Positions 20,732 through 29,868 of a stretch of 32,105 bases of DNA are shown in pieces (position 1 is the stretch's first letter; every line of letters starts with the position of its first letter). Origin of the DNA: Sanchytrium tribonematis. Taxonomy: Eukaryota. Below the pieces are notes generated by a model that was given only the letters and a program-made list of their open reading frames with translations, had not been told where the DNA came from and searched no databases. Made by a program: the position numbers and the translations under genes. The stretch is taken from positions 1 to 32,105 of the forward strand of contig JADGIG010000046.1 in assembly GCA_018985235.1 (NCBI GenBank). The letters are read 5' to 3'.

Positions 20732-21469
20732 CTAAAGAGTTGCTTTGCAATTCGACATCGATACGACTGCGTAACCAGCATTTTCAGCCAAACATTGATT
20801 GTTAAACTTTTTAAATTTTCCATCTTTTGATTTTGCACAAACTAGATCAATATTAGCAGGGCAAATATCGCCATTTCCACCATTTCCACCTCCTGTTTTT
20901 GGACATGAACCTGATACAATTGGTGAAGCACCTTGTCGATTCGCATGACACCAACTAGAAAATGTTTTTTGGATTTCATTCACTGTGCCACACACTGGTT
21001 TATCAACTGAGGGACATGGACACGCACCATCTTTCATTTTAGTTGCTTTATCATTTTGAGCAGCACATGCATTTGGATATGTGATTTGTTTGCCATTTTT
21101 AGTAGCACACACAGGTTTCTTTAAAGTGCACGGATCTCCAACAACTGGTTTACAATCCCCACTTTTAATTGGAATTGCTTTGGCTGCCAAGGCTGCACAA
21201 ATATTTGGATAATTTTTTTGTTCTTTGTTAATTGTAGCACAGATATTCAATGAATTGAAACCATATCCTGAACAAGGAACTTGTCCATTTTCAGAAGTTG
21301 GACATTCAGAGTTTCTGAAAACAACCGCCCCCTTTTTCCCAGCTTCACATGCGTTGTTATATTCCGATTGCTTTCCATTTTTGTAAGCACAGACTGTTTG
21401 AATCACATCCGTACACATGATACCATCAATAGCAAAAGAAAGCGTCATCAAAAACATTGCTGATATCAT
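20732..21469 (-). CDS. Secreted multi-Kazal inhibitor (5 domains)
   Basis: Same repeats. Probable start MISAMFLMTLSFA at 21469, downstream of a TATA-like tttataaa and TGATTGG. Confidence 0.88.
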   Translation of the reverse strand: MISAMFLMTLSFAIDGIMCTDVIQTVCAYKNGKQSEYNNACEAGKKGAVVFRNSECPTSENGQVPCSGYGFNSLNICATINKEQKNYPNICAALAAKAIPIKSGDCKPVVGDPCTLKKPVCATKNGKQITYPNACAAQNDKATKMKDGACPCPSVDKPVCGTVNEIQKTFSSWCHANRQGASPIVSGSCPKTGGGNGGNGDICPANIDLVCAKSKDGKFKKFNNQCLAENAGYAVVSMSNCKATL

Positions 21470-21582
21470 TTTGAGAGCATCTCCTTTATAAAGACCCATC
21501 ATACCAATCAGCCATGTGCAAAATTAATTTATAGTCTTGCACTGACTTGCTTGAAAAACAGTACATTTCAATTCATTTTCAT

Positions 21583-22208
21583 TTATTTTGTTTTTGGACA
21601 CGCACCATCTGTAATACTGCTGGCTCCCTTGTGTTGCGCACGACACTTGTTTTTAAAAGTGTATTTCTTTTTGTTTAGAGTTCCACACACATGGCTGATA
21701 GTTGCTGGACATTGTGAAATTTCACAATCCCCTCCTGTAATTTCAGTTGCTTTTTGTCGATCTGCTTCACATTGGTTTGAAAAAGTTTTTCTTTTTCCAC
21801 TTACTGTCCCACACACTGGATTCCAATCTGCAGTACAAATGACGACTGGTGGGACTACTGGTGGAGCAGGAGGACATTTCCCATCCGTAATGCTCGTTGC
21901 TTTTTGTTTATTCGCTTCGCACATATTCAAAAATGTTTGCTGTTTCCCATTTGCTGTCCCACATTGAGTTGACCACAAGCTGGTGTTTCCCTGGAATATC
22001 CTGAAACACAAACAATTTCGTCACTTCCAGTCGTCAAAATGACACATTTTGAGGATCTAAACACGGTAGCACCTGCTTTAATGGCTTCACATTCATTTGG
22101 ATAAGTGAATTGTTTGTGATTTAATGCACCACAGACTTCTTTCACTGTTGTTGGACAAGCATCGTCAATTGGGGCTGCAAAAGAAAGAGTAATGAGCAAC
22201 ATGATCAT
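21583..22208 (-). pseudogene. Multi-Kazal inhibitor, frameshifted near 21960-21975
   Basis: MIMLLITLSFAAP...ETPACGQLN shifts frame to CGTANGKQQTFLNMCEA. Four domains after frame correction. Confidence 0.75.
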
Positions 22209-22552
22209 AAATTGGGGTAGACTGCTTTATAAATAGTTGTTAGACCAATTAAAATTTGGTATGATTCATTTGCAAGCTCATTGCTGATTTGCCCAGCTTG
22301 GATTTCATTTGTGGGATGATTTGATTGGCTCATTTGGTCTGGACCAATCAGAATAGGGGTAAATCCATTTGATGCGATTGTTGAAAATTTTTTGAATAAT
22401 TTTTTAATCAACCCCAAAAGTGTCAAATGAAATGACACGAATCGTATGAGTACGCAGATGGATTATTAAAGTGACCTATCGCATCTATTCACAATGATTG
22501 GTTCAAAATTACCCATTTTACTGGCTTTAAATTGAAAGTAGCGCGATTTTGT

Positions 22553-23161
22553 ATGTTGAAACGTACTGGTAAATCTCCAAATGAACCCATGAAATGTATT
22601 AAAATCACGAGTATATTATTATTACTGCTATCTTTGGTTTATTTGATCTCCCAATTCTTTGAAAACAATGTTTCATTCTATTACGCGTTTAAATCTATAT
22701 TTGGCATTTATTATCTTGGAATTGCAGTCAATGGATTGTTGAGAAGGTCATATAGAATCACACAAAGTGATATTCATATATTTATGGTATGTAGGGAAAT
22801 TCATTTGTTTTTATCCATCGTGAGACTCGCTACTCTTTACAATTTTGGAAGAGATCAAAAAACCAAGATCTATTATTTCAATTTATTCATTTCTGAAGTG
22901 GTTATTTGGAGTATCGTATCTGCTTATTTACTAGAGAAAATGAGATTATTGTTGAAATTAGAAAGAGATGCGACATCACCCCAGCAACTAAATGATACAG
23001 ATGTCATGATTCAAAATATGGCACAAATGATTGAAAATACGACTCAACAAGTCATTACAATTTTAAAATCTAAAAATTATGATGCGTCTCAAATTTCAAA
23101 TCATTTGGTCAATAAGCAACTAGAATTAACAAATCTACCAGTGTATTTGCCAAGTAAATAA
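22553..23161 (+). CDS. Unknown ~4-TM membrane protein, paralogue 1
   Basis: Four hydrophobic segments. SEVVIWSIVSAYL...ATSPQQ...LKSKNYD aligns with the next gene. The start could instead be 22589. Confidence 0.75.
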   Translation: MLKRTGKSPNEPMKCIKITSILLLLLSLVYLISQFFENNVSFYYAFKSIFGIYYLGIAVNGLLRRSYRITQSDIHIFMVCREIHLFLSIVRLATLYNFGRDQKTKIYYFNLFISEVVIWSIVSAYLLEKMRLLLKLERDATSPQQLNDTDVMIQNMAQMIENTTQQVITILKSKNYDASQISNHLVNKQLELTNLPVYLPSK

Positions 23162-23241
23162 ATGAATATAAATTGTTATGAAATGCCATTTTAGTGGCAT
23201 ATTTTGTAGTTTTAAAATAGAATCGCGTCTCTTTTTCAAAA

Positions 23242-23802
23242 ATGACAGAGAATCCAGCAAGATATGATATTAACAGCACCACTTATTTGAGTATTAAAAT
23301 CATCATTTGTACCATTACGTATTACTCTATTTCATTAAGCAATCAAGGCATCATTGAAGCTAATTTTTACATTGATGGAACACTCTTCCGATGTTTGTAT
23401 TACATTTTAATTGCCATATTAGCCATGATATTCATTCGAGATGGTGGTTTAAAATCCCAAATTGTGTTTATGAGCTTCCTCGCTTGTTCAAATTTCATTT
23501 ATCTCATTTTAACATTATATGTGTATTTTACATGGTATTTGAATAGTGATGCGGCATTTAAAAGTATTTATGCAGCTGAATTGAGTATTTGGATCTTGAC
23601 ATCGTTTTATTTGGGACTTGGATTTTATTATATTCGACAAATTGAAATTCAAAAAAATGCCATTTCACCTTCTCAATCACCTACCCATCAAATTCCATTA
23701 AATATGATTGCATTATCAGAATCATTAATAAACAAGGGATATTCTATTGATATGATTCAATCAAAGATGATGGAGTGGAAGAATGAAATTGACGTAAATT
23801 AA
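23242..23802 (+). CDS. Unknown ~4-TM membrane protein, paralogue 2
   Basis: Four hydrophobic segments; AELSIWILTSFYL...AISPSQ...LINKGYS. Confidence 0.75.
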   Translation: MTENPARYDINSTTYLSIKIIICTITYYSISLSNQGIIEANFYIDGTLFRCLYYILIAILAMIFIRDGGLKSQIVFMSFLACSNFIYLILTLYVYFTWYLNSDAAFKSIYAAELSIWILTSFYLGLGFYYIRQIEIQKNAISPSQSPTHQIPLNMIALSESLINKGYSIDMIQSKMMEWKNEIDVN

Positions 23803-23849
23803 GAATCAAATAAATACTGCGCAACGATTTAAAAATCTCTTATTTTTTA

Positions 23850-25469
23850 TTAGACAAGTTCCATTCGCTGATTCTGTGGTCTTGGTTCAATTGTTTCTGA
23901 AGGACTTCTTTTTCCACCTGTTATCCAATTACCAAATCTTTCAAGAATACCAGGTTTATCTGGCGTAATCGGAGCGGCGTCTAACCCTTTCGGCAAATCT
24001 AGGGGTTTATTTTCTCCAGCTTGATCCAGTGCCGCGCCTGCTGAATCTAATGCATCATTCATTGAGTTCATCGTTGCATCCATTTTATGATAATTATTTC
24101 TATTTGGTCTGTTGCCACGATAAATTCCAGTCCGGTGTTTAATGTTTTCCACCCCATCACTGAATTTAGTCCAAATTTTCTTTACCGCAATTGTTTTGAA
24201 AAATGATTTCATGAGAATTGTCGATGTTTGCGACAAGATTTTCAAACCACCAAGAGTGACATGGCCTGTACCTTTAGCTACATCTTTGAAAGATGTCGAT
24301 GATTTGATTTCATCTACGCCTTCAAGTATCAAATTGATGGCATCAAAATTATATTCCACCAATTTCTTACCAAATTCCTTGGCCTTTCTTAATCCTGGTA
24401 TTCGATCTAATAATTTTTGCATTTTAGTTTGTTCAGGTGAAATCTGATCTTTTACATTTGCAAATTTGGATTCAATATCTTTAAAGATCTCTGGATTATT
24501 CAATTGTTTTAAAATGGTGTTATCATTTGTAATGAATTTCAATTGATTGTATGCAATGGCTTCAACCACATCTTTTACTTTTTTCTGAGTAAATTCATTT
24601 TTTTTAAGCTCCTCTCTTTTTGCTTGTTTTTTTATCAAAGTGGCTTTAGGCATATTCTTTTTAATCCAATTGTCAATCAGTACATCAGTAACAATATCAA
24701 TTGCATCTGGTCGTTGGAATAATTCTGTGAATTTCCGTTGCTCAGGTGTCAATTTGCTCAAATCATTTTCTCTGTTTCCAGCTTCAATTTTCTTCCAATT
24801 TTCACTCTTGATCTTGTTTTCATCCAATACTAAATCTGGAGATGCCAGATATAGACCAATTTCTTTCATATTTTCTGGATTAGTGATTAATTCCAATAAT
24901 CCATATGCATTTATACCAGACAAGAGTCTTATGTCGCCTTTTTTGATACCCAACATCACTTTCTTGACATTCTCGGGAGTGAGAATTTCCTTGTTCGTGG
25001 TCAATGTCGATAAAAATTCTATCATTTCTGGGGTTCTAGATGGTTTTGTCATGTAATCAATAAAATGTAATTGTTCTGGTGTCAATTTGCTATAATCTTG
25101 AACTTTTAAAGCTTTTCCTAGTTCCACCCAAGTATCTAACCATTCCGGTGTTGCAATAGATGCTTTTAGAAATGCTTCTTCAGTTGCATCTAAAGTTTCC
25201 AAACTGTTTAATATTTCAAGTAGCTTCTTTTGGTTTTCATTCAACTTCTTTTCATTATATTTGCCCTTTGAATATGATCTCTGAATGGCCTTGAAATTCT
25301 CAGTAGTTGAAACAGTTTTTAATTCCATTAAGAGTTGTAGAAAACTTTTTGATGGTTCAGTCACTGTTGTTTCGTCTTGCGTAATTGGTTGTTCTGCAAC
25401 TGGTTGTTTTGCTCTTAGTAAACCTTTAAGATTTAAGGGTATTGCAAATAGCAATGTTATCCAAATCAT
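23850..25469 (-). CDS. Unknown secreted family B, long member with internal SKLTPEQ repeats
   Basis: Probable start MIWITLLFAIP at 25469; DYSKLTPEQ / NDLSKLTPEQ; YNFDAINLI...GGLKIL. Confidence 0.8.
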   Translation of the reverse strand: MIWITLLFAIPLNLKGLLRAKQPVAEQPITQDETTVTEPSKSFLQLLMELKTVSTTENFKAIQRSYSKGKYNEKKLNENQKKLLEILNSLETLDATEEAFLKASIATPEWLDTWVELGKALKVQDYSKLTPEQLHFIDYMTKPSRTPEMIEFLSTLTTNKEILTPENVKKVMLGIKKGDIRLLSGINAYGLLELITNPENMKEIGLYLASPDLVLDENKIKSENWKKIEAGNRENDLSKLTPEQRKFTELFQRPDAIDIVTDVLIDNWIKKNMPKATLIKKQAKREELKKNEFTQKKVKDVVEAIAYNQLKFITNDNTILKQLNNPEIFKDIESKFANVKDQISPEQTKMQKLLDRIPGLRKAKEFGKKLVEYNFDAINLILEGVDEIKSSTSFKDVAKGTGHVTLGGLKILSQTSTILMKSFFKTIAVKKIWTKFSDGVENIKHRTGIYRGNRPNRNNYHKMDATMNSMNDALDSAGAALDQAGENKPLDLPKGLDAAPITPDKPGILERFGNWITGGKRSPSETIEPRPQNQRMELV

Positions 25470-25666
25470 TTTGTCACCATTGGATTCCATTTTCTTTTTG
25501 ATTCTGGCACAGATTTCTGTATCCAATCAAGAAAGGAGTAAAATCTGATTTTAAATGACACAGAATTAATATCAAATGACAGTGCCTGACTCATTATTAT
25601 AACGATGTATCTGAAAAACAGTACATTATCACATGATTGTAAAATGCTTAAGTATCCTTATTTATT

Positions 25667-26590
25667 TTAAAATGGGTGAAGTTCACCCTTAACACGAGAA
25701 TCATTCCCTCCTCTTTTCGCTGCCCCGTCAGTAATATCTCCGTTAGGTAAGTCAATTTTTGGTGGCTCTGTTGAACCAGTGGTCTTCCAAGACGGATCAA
25801 GTATTCCATCCTTTATTCCATCTTTTCCTCCAGTTATTTCTTCTCCAGCCAATACTGCTTCTGCACCCTCTAAAGTGGACTTGACATGGTCACCATTCAT
25901 CCCTTTCACACGTCTTACTGCATTTTTGCCTGCTTCATAAGCACTCACTAATTTCTTCCATGCAAGTGTTTCTGACAACCTCTGAACAATTGAATTTCTT
26001 AAAATACTTGTCAATATTGAGTTGCCTAGACCTTTTAATGAACCATAAATGGTAAAAAGCATTCTTAATGGGTCTGATTTTAAATCCTTCAACGTTGTCT
26101 TCAATTTTTTAATGGGATCGTCCTTATTTGGTTGTGCAAGTGTAGCTATTTCAGATGGTGTAATTGGTGTTTGATCTTGAAGTGGAAGCATTTTGAATCG
26201 ATCCAATCTAATCAATACATACATTTGCTCCGTGGTTAATTTGCTAATATCGCCATTCTTATAGGCTGCCTGGACTGTATTGATATTTTCCTTTGAAAAT
26301 ATTTTTTCAGAGTCACCATTTTCAAAGTGTTCCATTGCCTCCAAATTATTGAATGCTAAATCGAATGCGACTTTAGTTTTAGAATCTTTTGATAAGATAA
26401 TAATTTCAAGTTGGACTTGATTTAGTTGATCCATAGAAGAACCAGCTTGGATAATTGCTTCTAAATTGCTTTGGGTCAATATTTCCATGATTTTTAAGAC
26501 GTCCTTGGAATATGTTAGTTGTAACGTAGGTTGAGTCGGCACTCCTTGTAAAGCTTGTATTCCCGCATAAAGTAAAGTAATCCAAATCAT
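25667..26590 (-). CDS. Unknown secreted family B member
   Basis: Probable start MIWITLLYAG at 26590; GDISKLTTEQ; YGSLKGL...AWKKL. Confidence 0.8.
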   Translation of the reverse strand: MIWITLLYAGIQALQGVPTQPTLQLTYSKDVLKIMEILTQSNLEAIIQAGSSMDQLNQVQLEIIILSKDSKTKVAFDLAFNNLEAMEHFENGDSEKIFSKENINTVQAAYKNGDISKLTTEQMYVLIRLDRFKMLPLQDQTPITPSEIATLAQPNKDDPIKKLKTTLKDLKSDPLRMLFTIYGSLKGLGNSILTSILRNSIVQRLSETLAWKKLVSAYEAGKNAVRRVKGMNGDHVKSTLEGAEAVLAGEEITGGKDGIKDGILDPSWKTTGSTEPPKIDLPNGDITDGAAKRGGNDSRVKGELHPF

Positions 26591-26924
26591 TGTGACCGAG
26601 GTGTATCCCACTTCTTTTCAATGACTACACAGATTTACTTACCAATCACCAGCACAATCACAAATGACACAGATATTTGCACCAATAATAAATGGGGTAA
26701 ACTCTATTTATAAATGACACAGATCCTGATTGTTTATTGGATCGTCTGTTTGAAAAACAATTTAGCACCCCACCGTGATGGCATCAAAATATTTGTATGA
26801 CTGGGCCACATCATAAAAGTTAGTAGATATTGATGCTGTTAATGCAAATGAGTAGAAATATTTATAATTAATAAATCAAGTCACGAAAAATAAAATTAAA
26901 AGAATCCCGATTTATTTTGTATTT

Positions 26925-27700
26925 TTATGGAATGAGCTCCATGGCATCCCGTACAGTTTCCACTCCTCTTTGGTCTAATGAATTCACTACACCATCAATA
27001 CTCTCACTTCCAATGGTATCAATGGGATGTTTCTCTGACACAGAATCGACAAAATCAGCTGTAAAGTCTCCTCGCCCATCATTGGGTGTATCTCCCATAG
27101 TATTTTCCGCACTTGTCACTCCTTCTTTCATTTCATTAAATCTTGCTACTTCCATTGCGACTGTTTTTGGTTTTAATAAATTTTTGATGGAATTCACTGA
27201 TAGTTCTAATGTTTTCCATGTCGGTGTCACCTCCAATCTTTCCACAATGGAACCCATTAAAAACACTGTTAATGATGGTACACCAATTCCTAATTTCAAA
27301 GTGCCACTGGTAATTTTTGTAATCCCATCTGCAGTATTCCCAATACCTTTTATTTTTCGACGTGATAAATCAGTTGAAACTTTTAGCATTTTCTGTAATC
27401 CCTCTTTTAAATTAGTCAAAGCTTTCAAATTGAAATCAAAAATTGATTATTGCCACTCCTTAAAAAATCTTGAGGATACTCGATATCGTCCTTTCGCAAT
27501 GCTCTGGAATTTGTGTGTTGCTATATGCACTCTTCAATTTTCGTTTTGCACCAATATTTTGTTTTGAAACGGAATAAACAGTACATTTGAAGCTATTTTG
27601 AAATTATTCTGCTTCACTTCTTCTTCAAATGTTGGCTGCTTTCCAATTTGAGATTGCTCTGTGCCAATACCGATAAAATGAAACCTGCATCATTAGTCCC
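26925..27700 (-). pseudogene. Family B degenerate copy (C-terminal half intact, N-terminal half decayed)
   Basis: DFNLKAL...GTLKLGIGVPSLTVFLMGSIVERLEVTPTW matches the 28881 gene. In-frame TAA at 27447-27449, and no intact start or signal upstream. Upper boundary is approximate. Confidence 0.7.
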
Positions 27701-27742
27701 GGTAATAATTCTGGATGCTCAAATCTATTCAAAATCATAAAT

Positions 27743-28600
27743 TTATTCTATCATTGGCTTTCTGTATTCAACTTTACCATCAGAACCAGCACCTTTACCA
27801 TGTGGAATTTCAAATGGTAATTCTGGTCTTTCCATTGTTCCTTCATCACCCATTTCACTCTGTCCAAATTGAAATTCAGTGTCTAAACTTGCTGCTTCTG
27901 TTCCCTTTACAGCTGTTTTTGCTTTATCAACTGCATCTTTGAGTGTATTTGGATCCGAAGATCTCTTTTTTGAAGCGTCTGCTTTATTTTGGATGAATTT
28001 CACACCTGCTTTAATTGTTTTATAAATGGGCTTGTAAATGATGTGTTTTAATAAAGTATATGCTGTTACGATTGACAAGGCAGGTATACCTACAGCCAAT
28101 TTTAGTGACCCATACGCAGTACGTATTAAACCATGAAATGCTTGTTTAATCATGTATTTAGGGCTTAAAAATAATAAATTTAAGGGAGAAGTCGCCATTC
28201 CTACCGATCCTAATAGCAAATATTTTACCGCATCAAGATTGAATATTGCCAATTCTTTCATTAAATCAGTAGACGACAATTTCTTGTCGCGATTCTCAAG
28301 TTTGGTATTTAATGATTCCAATCTTGCATCTCCAAAACCCCCCATTTGGATCTGGGATTCAACCACAGCTGTATGCATTTGTTCGCTGTTTGCCAACTGC
28401 CATAGCAGTTGTTGTTCTGCTGTAAATTTATCAGTTTGACCACTTTTTATTGCATTGGCGAGAGCCCAATAATTTTCATTAGTGACTATTCTTTTAAGAG
28501 TGGATGCTGCTTCTACTACCTGTGGTAAATCAGTTAATTTTTGATATTGCAATTGAGTTTTAACTTTTCTTATTGCTAATAATAATGTGATCCAAATCAT
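27743..28600 (-). CDS. Unknown secreted family B member, 285 aa
   Basis: MIWITLLLAI; DKFTAEQQ; FNLDAVKYL; YGSLKLAVGIPAL. Confidence 0.82.
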   Translation of the reverse strand: MIWITLLLAIRKVKTQLQYQKLTDLPQVVEAASTLKRIVTNENYWALANAIKSGQTDKFTAEQQLLWQLANSEQMHTAVVESQIQMGGFGDARLESLNTKLENRDKKLSSTDLMKELAIFNLDAVKYLLLGSVGMATSPLNLLFLSPKYMIKQAFHGLIRTAYGSLKLAVGIPALSIVTAYTLLKHIIYKPIYKTIKAGVKFIQNKADASKKRSSDPNTLKDAVDKAKTAVKGTEAASLDTEFQFGQSEMGDEGTMERPELPFEIPHGKGAGSDGKVEYRKPMIE

Positions 28601-28880
28601 AATAACGAAAAGGATCCCACTTCTTTTAACTAGTCTCTCAGAAATTTCAGGTCTATTATCAAATCACAGATCGGGTAAATTCTAAATTCAGATAAATCCC
28701 CTTGAGATTGCAAAACAGTTTAGCACCCACCGTGATTTTCACAGATTGAGAAACATTCTCTATGAATTACATTGAAGTATCAAAAACAAATATGCCTTGG
28801 TTACAGACAAGTCATTTCATATATATATTTTAGTATTTGAAATACCTATCAAGCCCATGTCGCTTCAAAATAATTGTAAT

Positions 28881-29744
28881 TTATTTTATTATTTTTTTAG
28901 GATGTTCTGTTGCTTCAACAATGACTGGATCAACAAATCTTGTTCCCTCTCCCAATTTAATATCAAAGAAAGAAGGACTTTTAATATCAATTTCTGGATC
29001 AATGCCCTCAAAATCAGATAATGGCGCAGTCTCTACGGATGCTGTAGATATGCCTGATACTCCCCTTTCCATTGTATCTGTATCAAGTTTCATTTCTCCC
29101 CCGTCAAATTTAGATTTCTTTTTAAATCTTCTTCTCCAATTTCCAATCATATCCACCACATTTCTCATTTGATTCCAAATAGGTGTCACTACTGTTATTT
29201 CCATAAATGATCCCAATATAAATATAGCCAAACTGGGTACACCCACTCCCAATTGAATTGCCCCTTTGATCAATTGACCCATCCCATCTCCACTATTTCT
29301 AATGCCTTTAATGGTTCTCCTAATTGCTATTTGCGCACTTGATTTAATGAGTGCCACAGACCCCTGTTTTAAATAATCAAATGCTTTCAAATTATATTGA
29401 ATCAAATTAGATTGCATTTCTTTGATTAAATCAATATCTTCTTCATTGTAAATAGTCAGGAATTCTTTTAATTGTGCAGATTCTGATTTTGTCAATGGAA
29501 TGCCACTTTGTTTCATTCGGAGGTCACCTTGTTGGATTGCCTTGTGCAATGAATCAAATACTTGTTGATCTTGTAAAAAATATAGCGTGGCTTGTTGAGA
29601 TGGAGTTAATGTGTGTATGTCGATTTCATCTTTTAATCCCTTTATCGCATTGATATTCTCTTGTGTATATACAATTTTGAAGAATTGAAGTGCCATATTG
29701 ATTTGAGATGTAGTCAATGCAACTATTAATTGGAACCAGAACAT
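28881..29744 (-). CDS. Unknown secreted family B member
   Basis: Probable start MFWFQLIVAL at 29744; TLTPSQQ; YNLKAFDYL; GAIQLGVGVPSLAIFILGS. Confidence 0.8.
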   Translation of the reverse strand: MFWFQLIVALTTSQINMALQFFKIVYTQENINAIKGLKDEIDIHTLTPSQQATLYFLQDQQVFDSLHKAIQQGDLRMKQSGIPLTKSESAQLKEFLTIYNEEDIDLIKEMQSNLIQYNLKAFDYLKQGSVALIKSSAQIAIRRTIKGIRNSGDGMGQLIKGAIQLGVGVPSLAIFILGSFMEITVVTPIWNQMRNVVDMIGNWRRRFKKKSKFDGGEMKLDTDTMERGVSGISTASVETAPLSDFEGIDPEIDIKSPSFFDIKLGEGTRFVDPVIVEATEHPKKIIK

Positions 29745-29868
29745 GCGCAATGTCGGACTGAGATGTTTCATCAAAATAATTGGTGTTGTAGCCAATCAAA
29801 GCATTACCAAGTCTGATTTGGTTTAACACTGCTAATTGATTTTAAAATGTTGTCAATATCACGTTGAT

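Noticed and set aside
21954..21973. 20-nt GT-AG intron that would repair Kazal gene 3
   Set aside because: It is GC-richer, lacks the GTAA...TAG consensus, and consists of Kazal-coding-like sequence. A deletion between repeats is more plausible, though not excluded without RNA data.
24142..29172. Long plus-strand ORFs opposite family B, and similar shadow ORFs elsewhere
   Set aside because: They are antisense shadows of real genes, with no motifs or independent signals.
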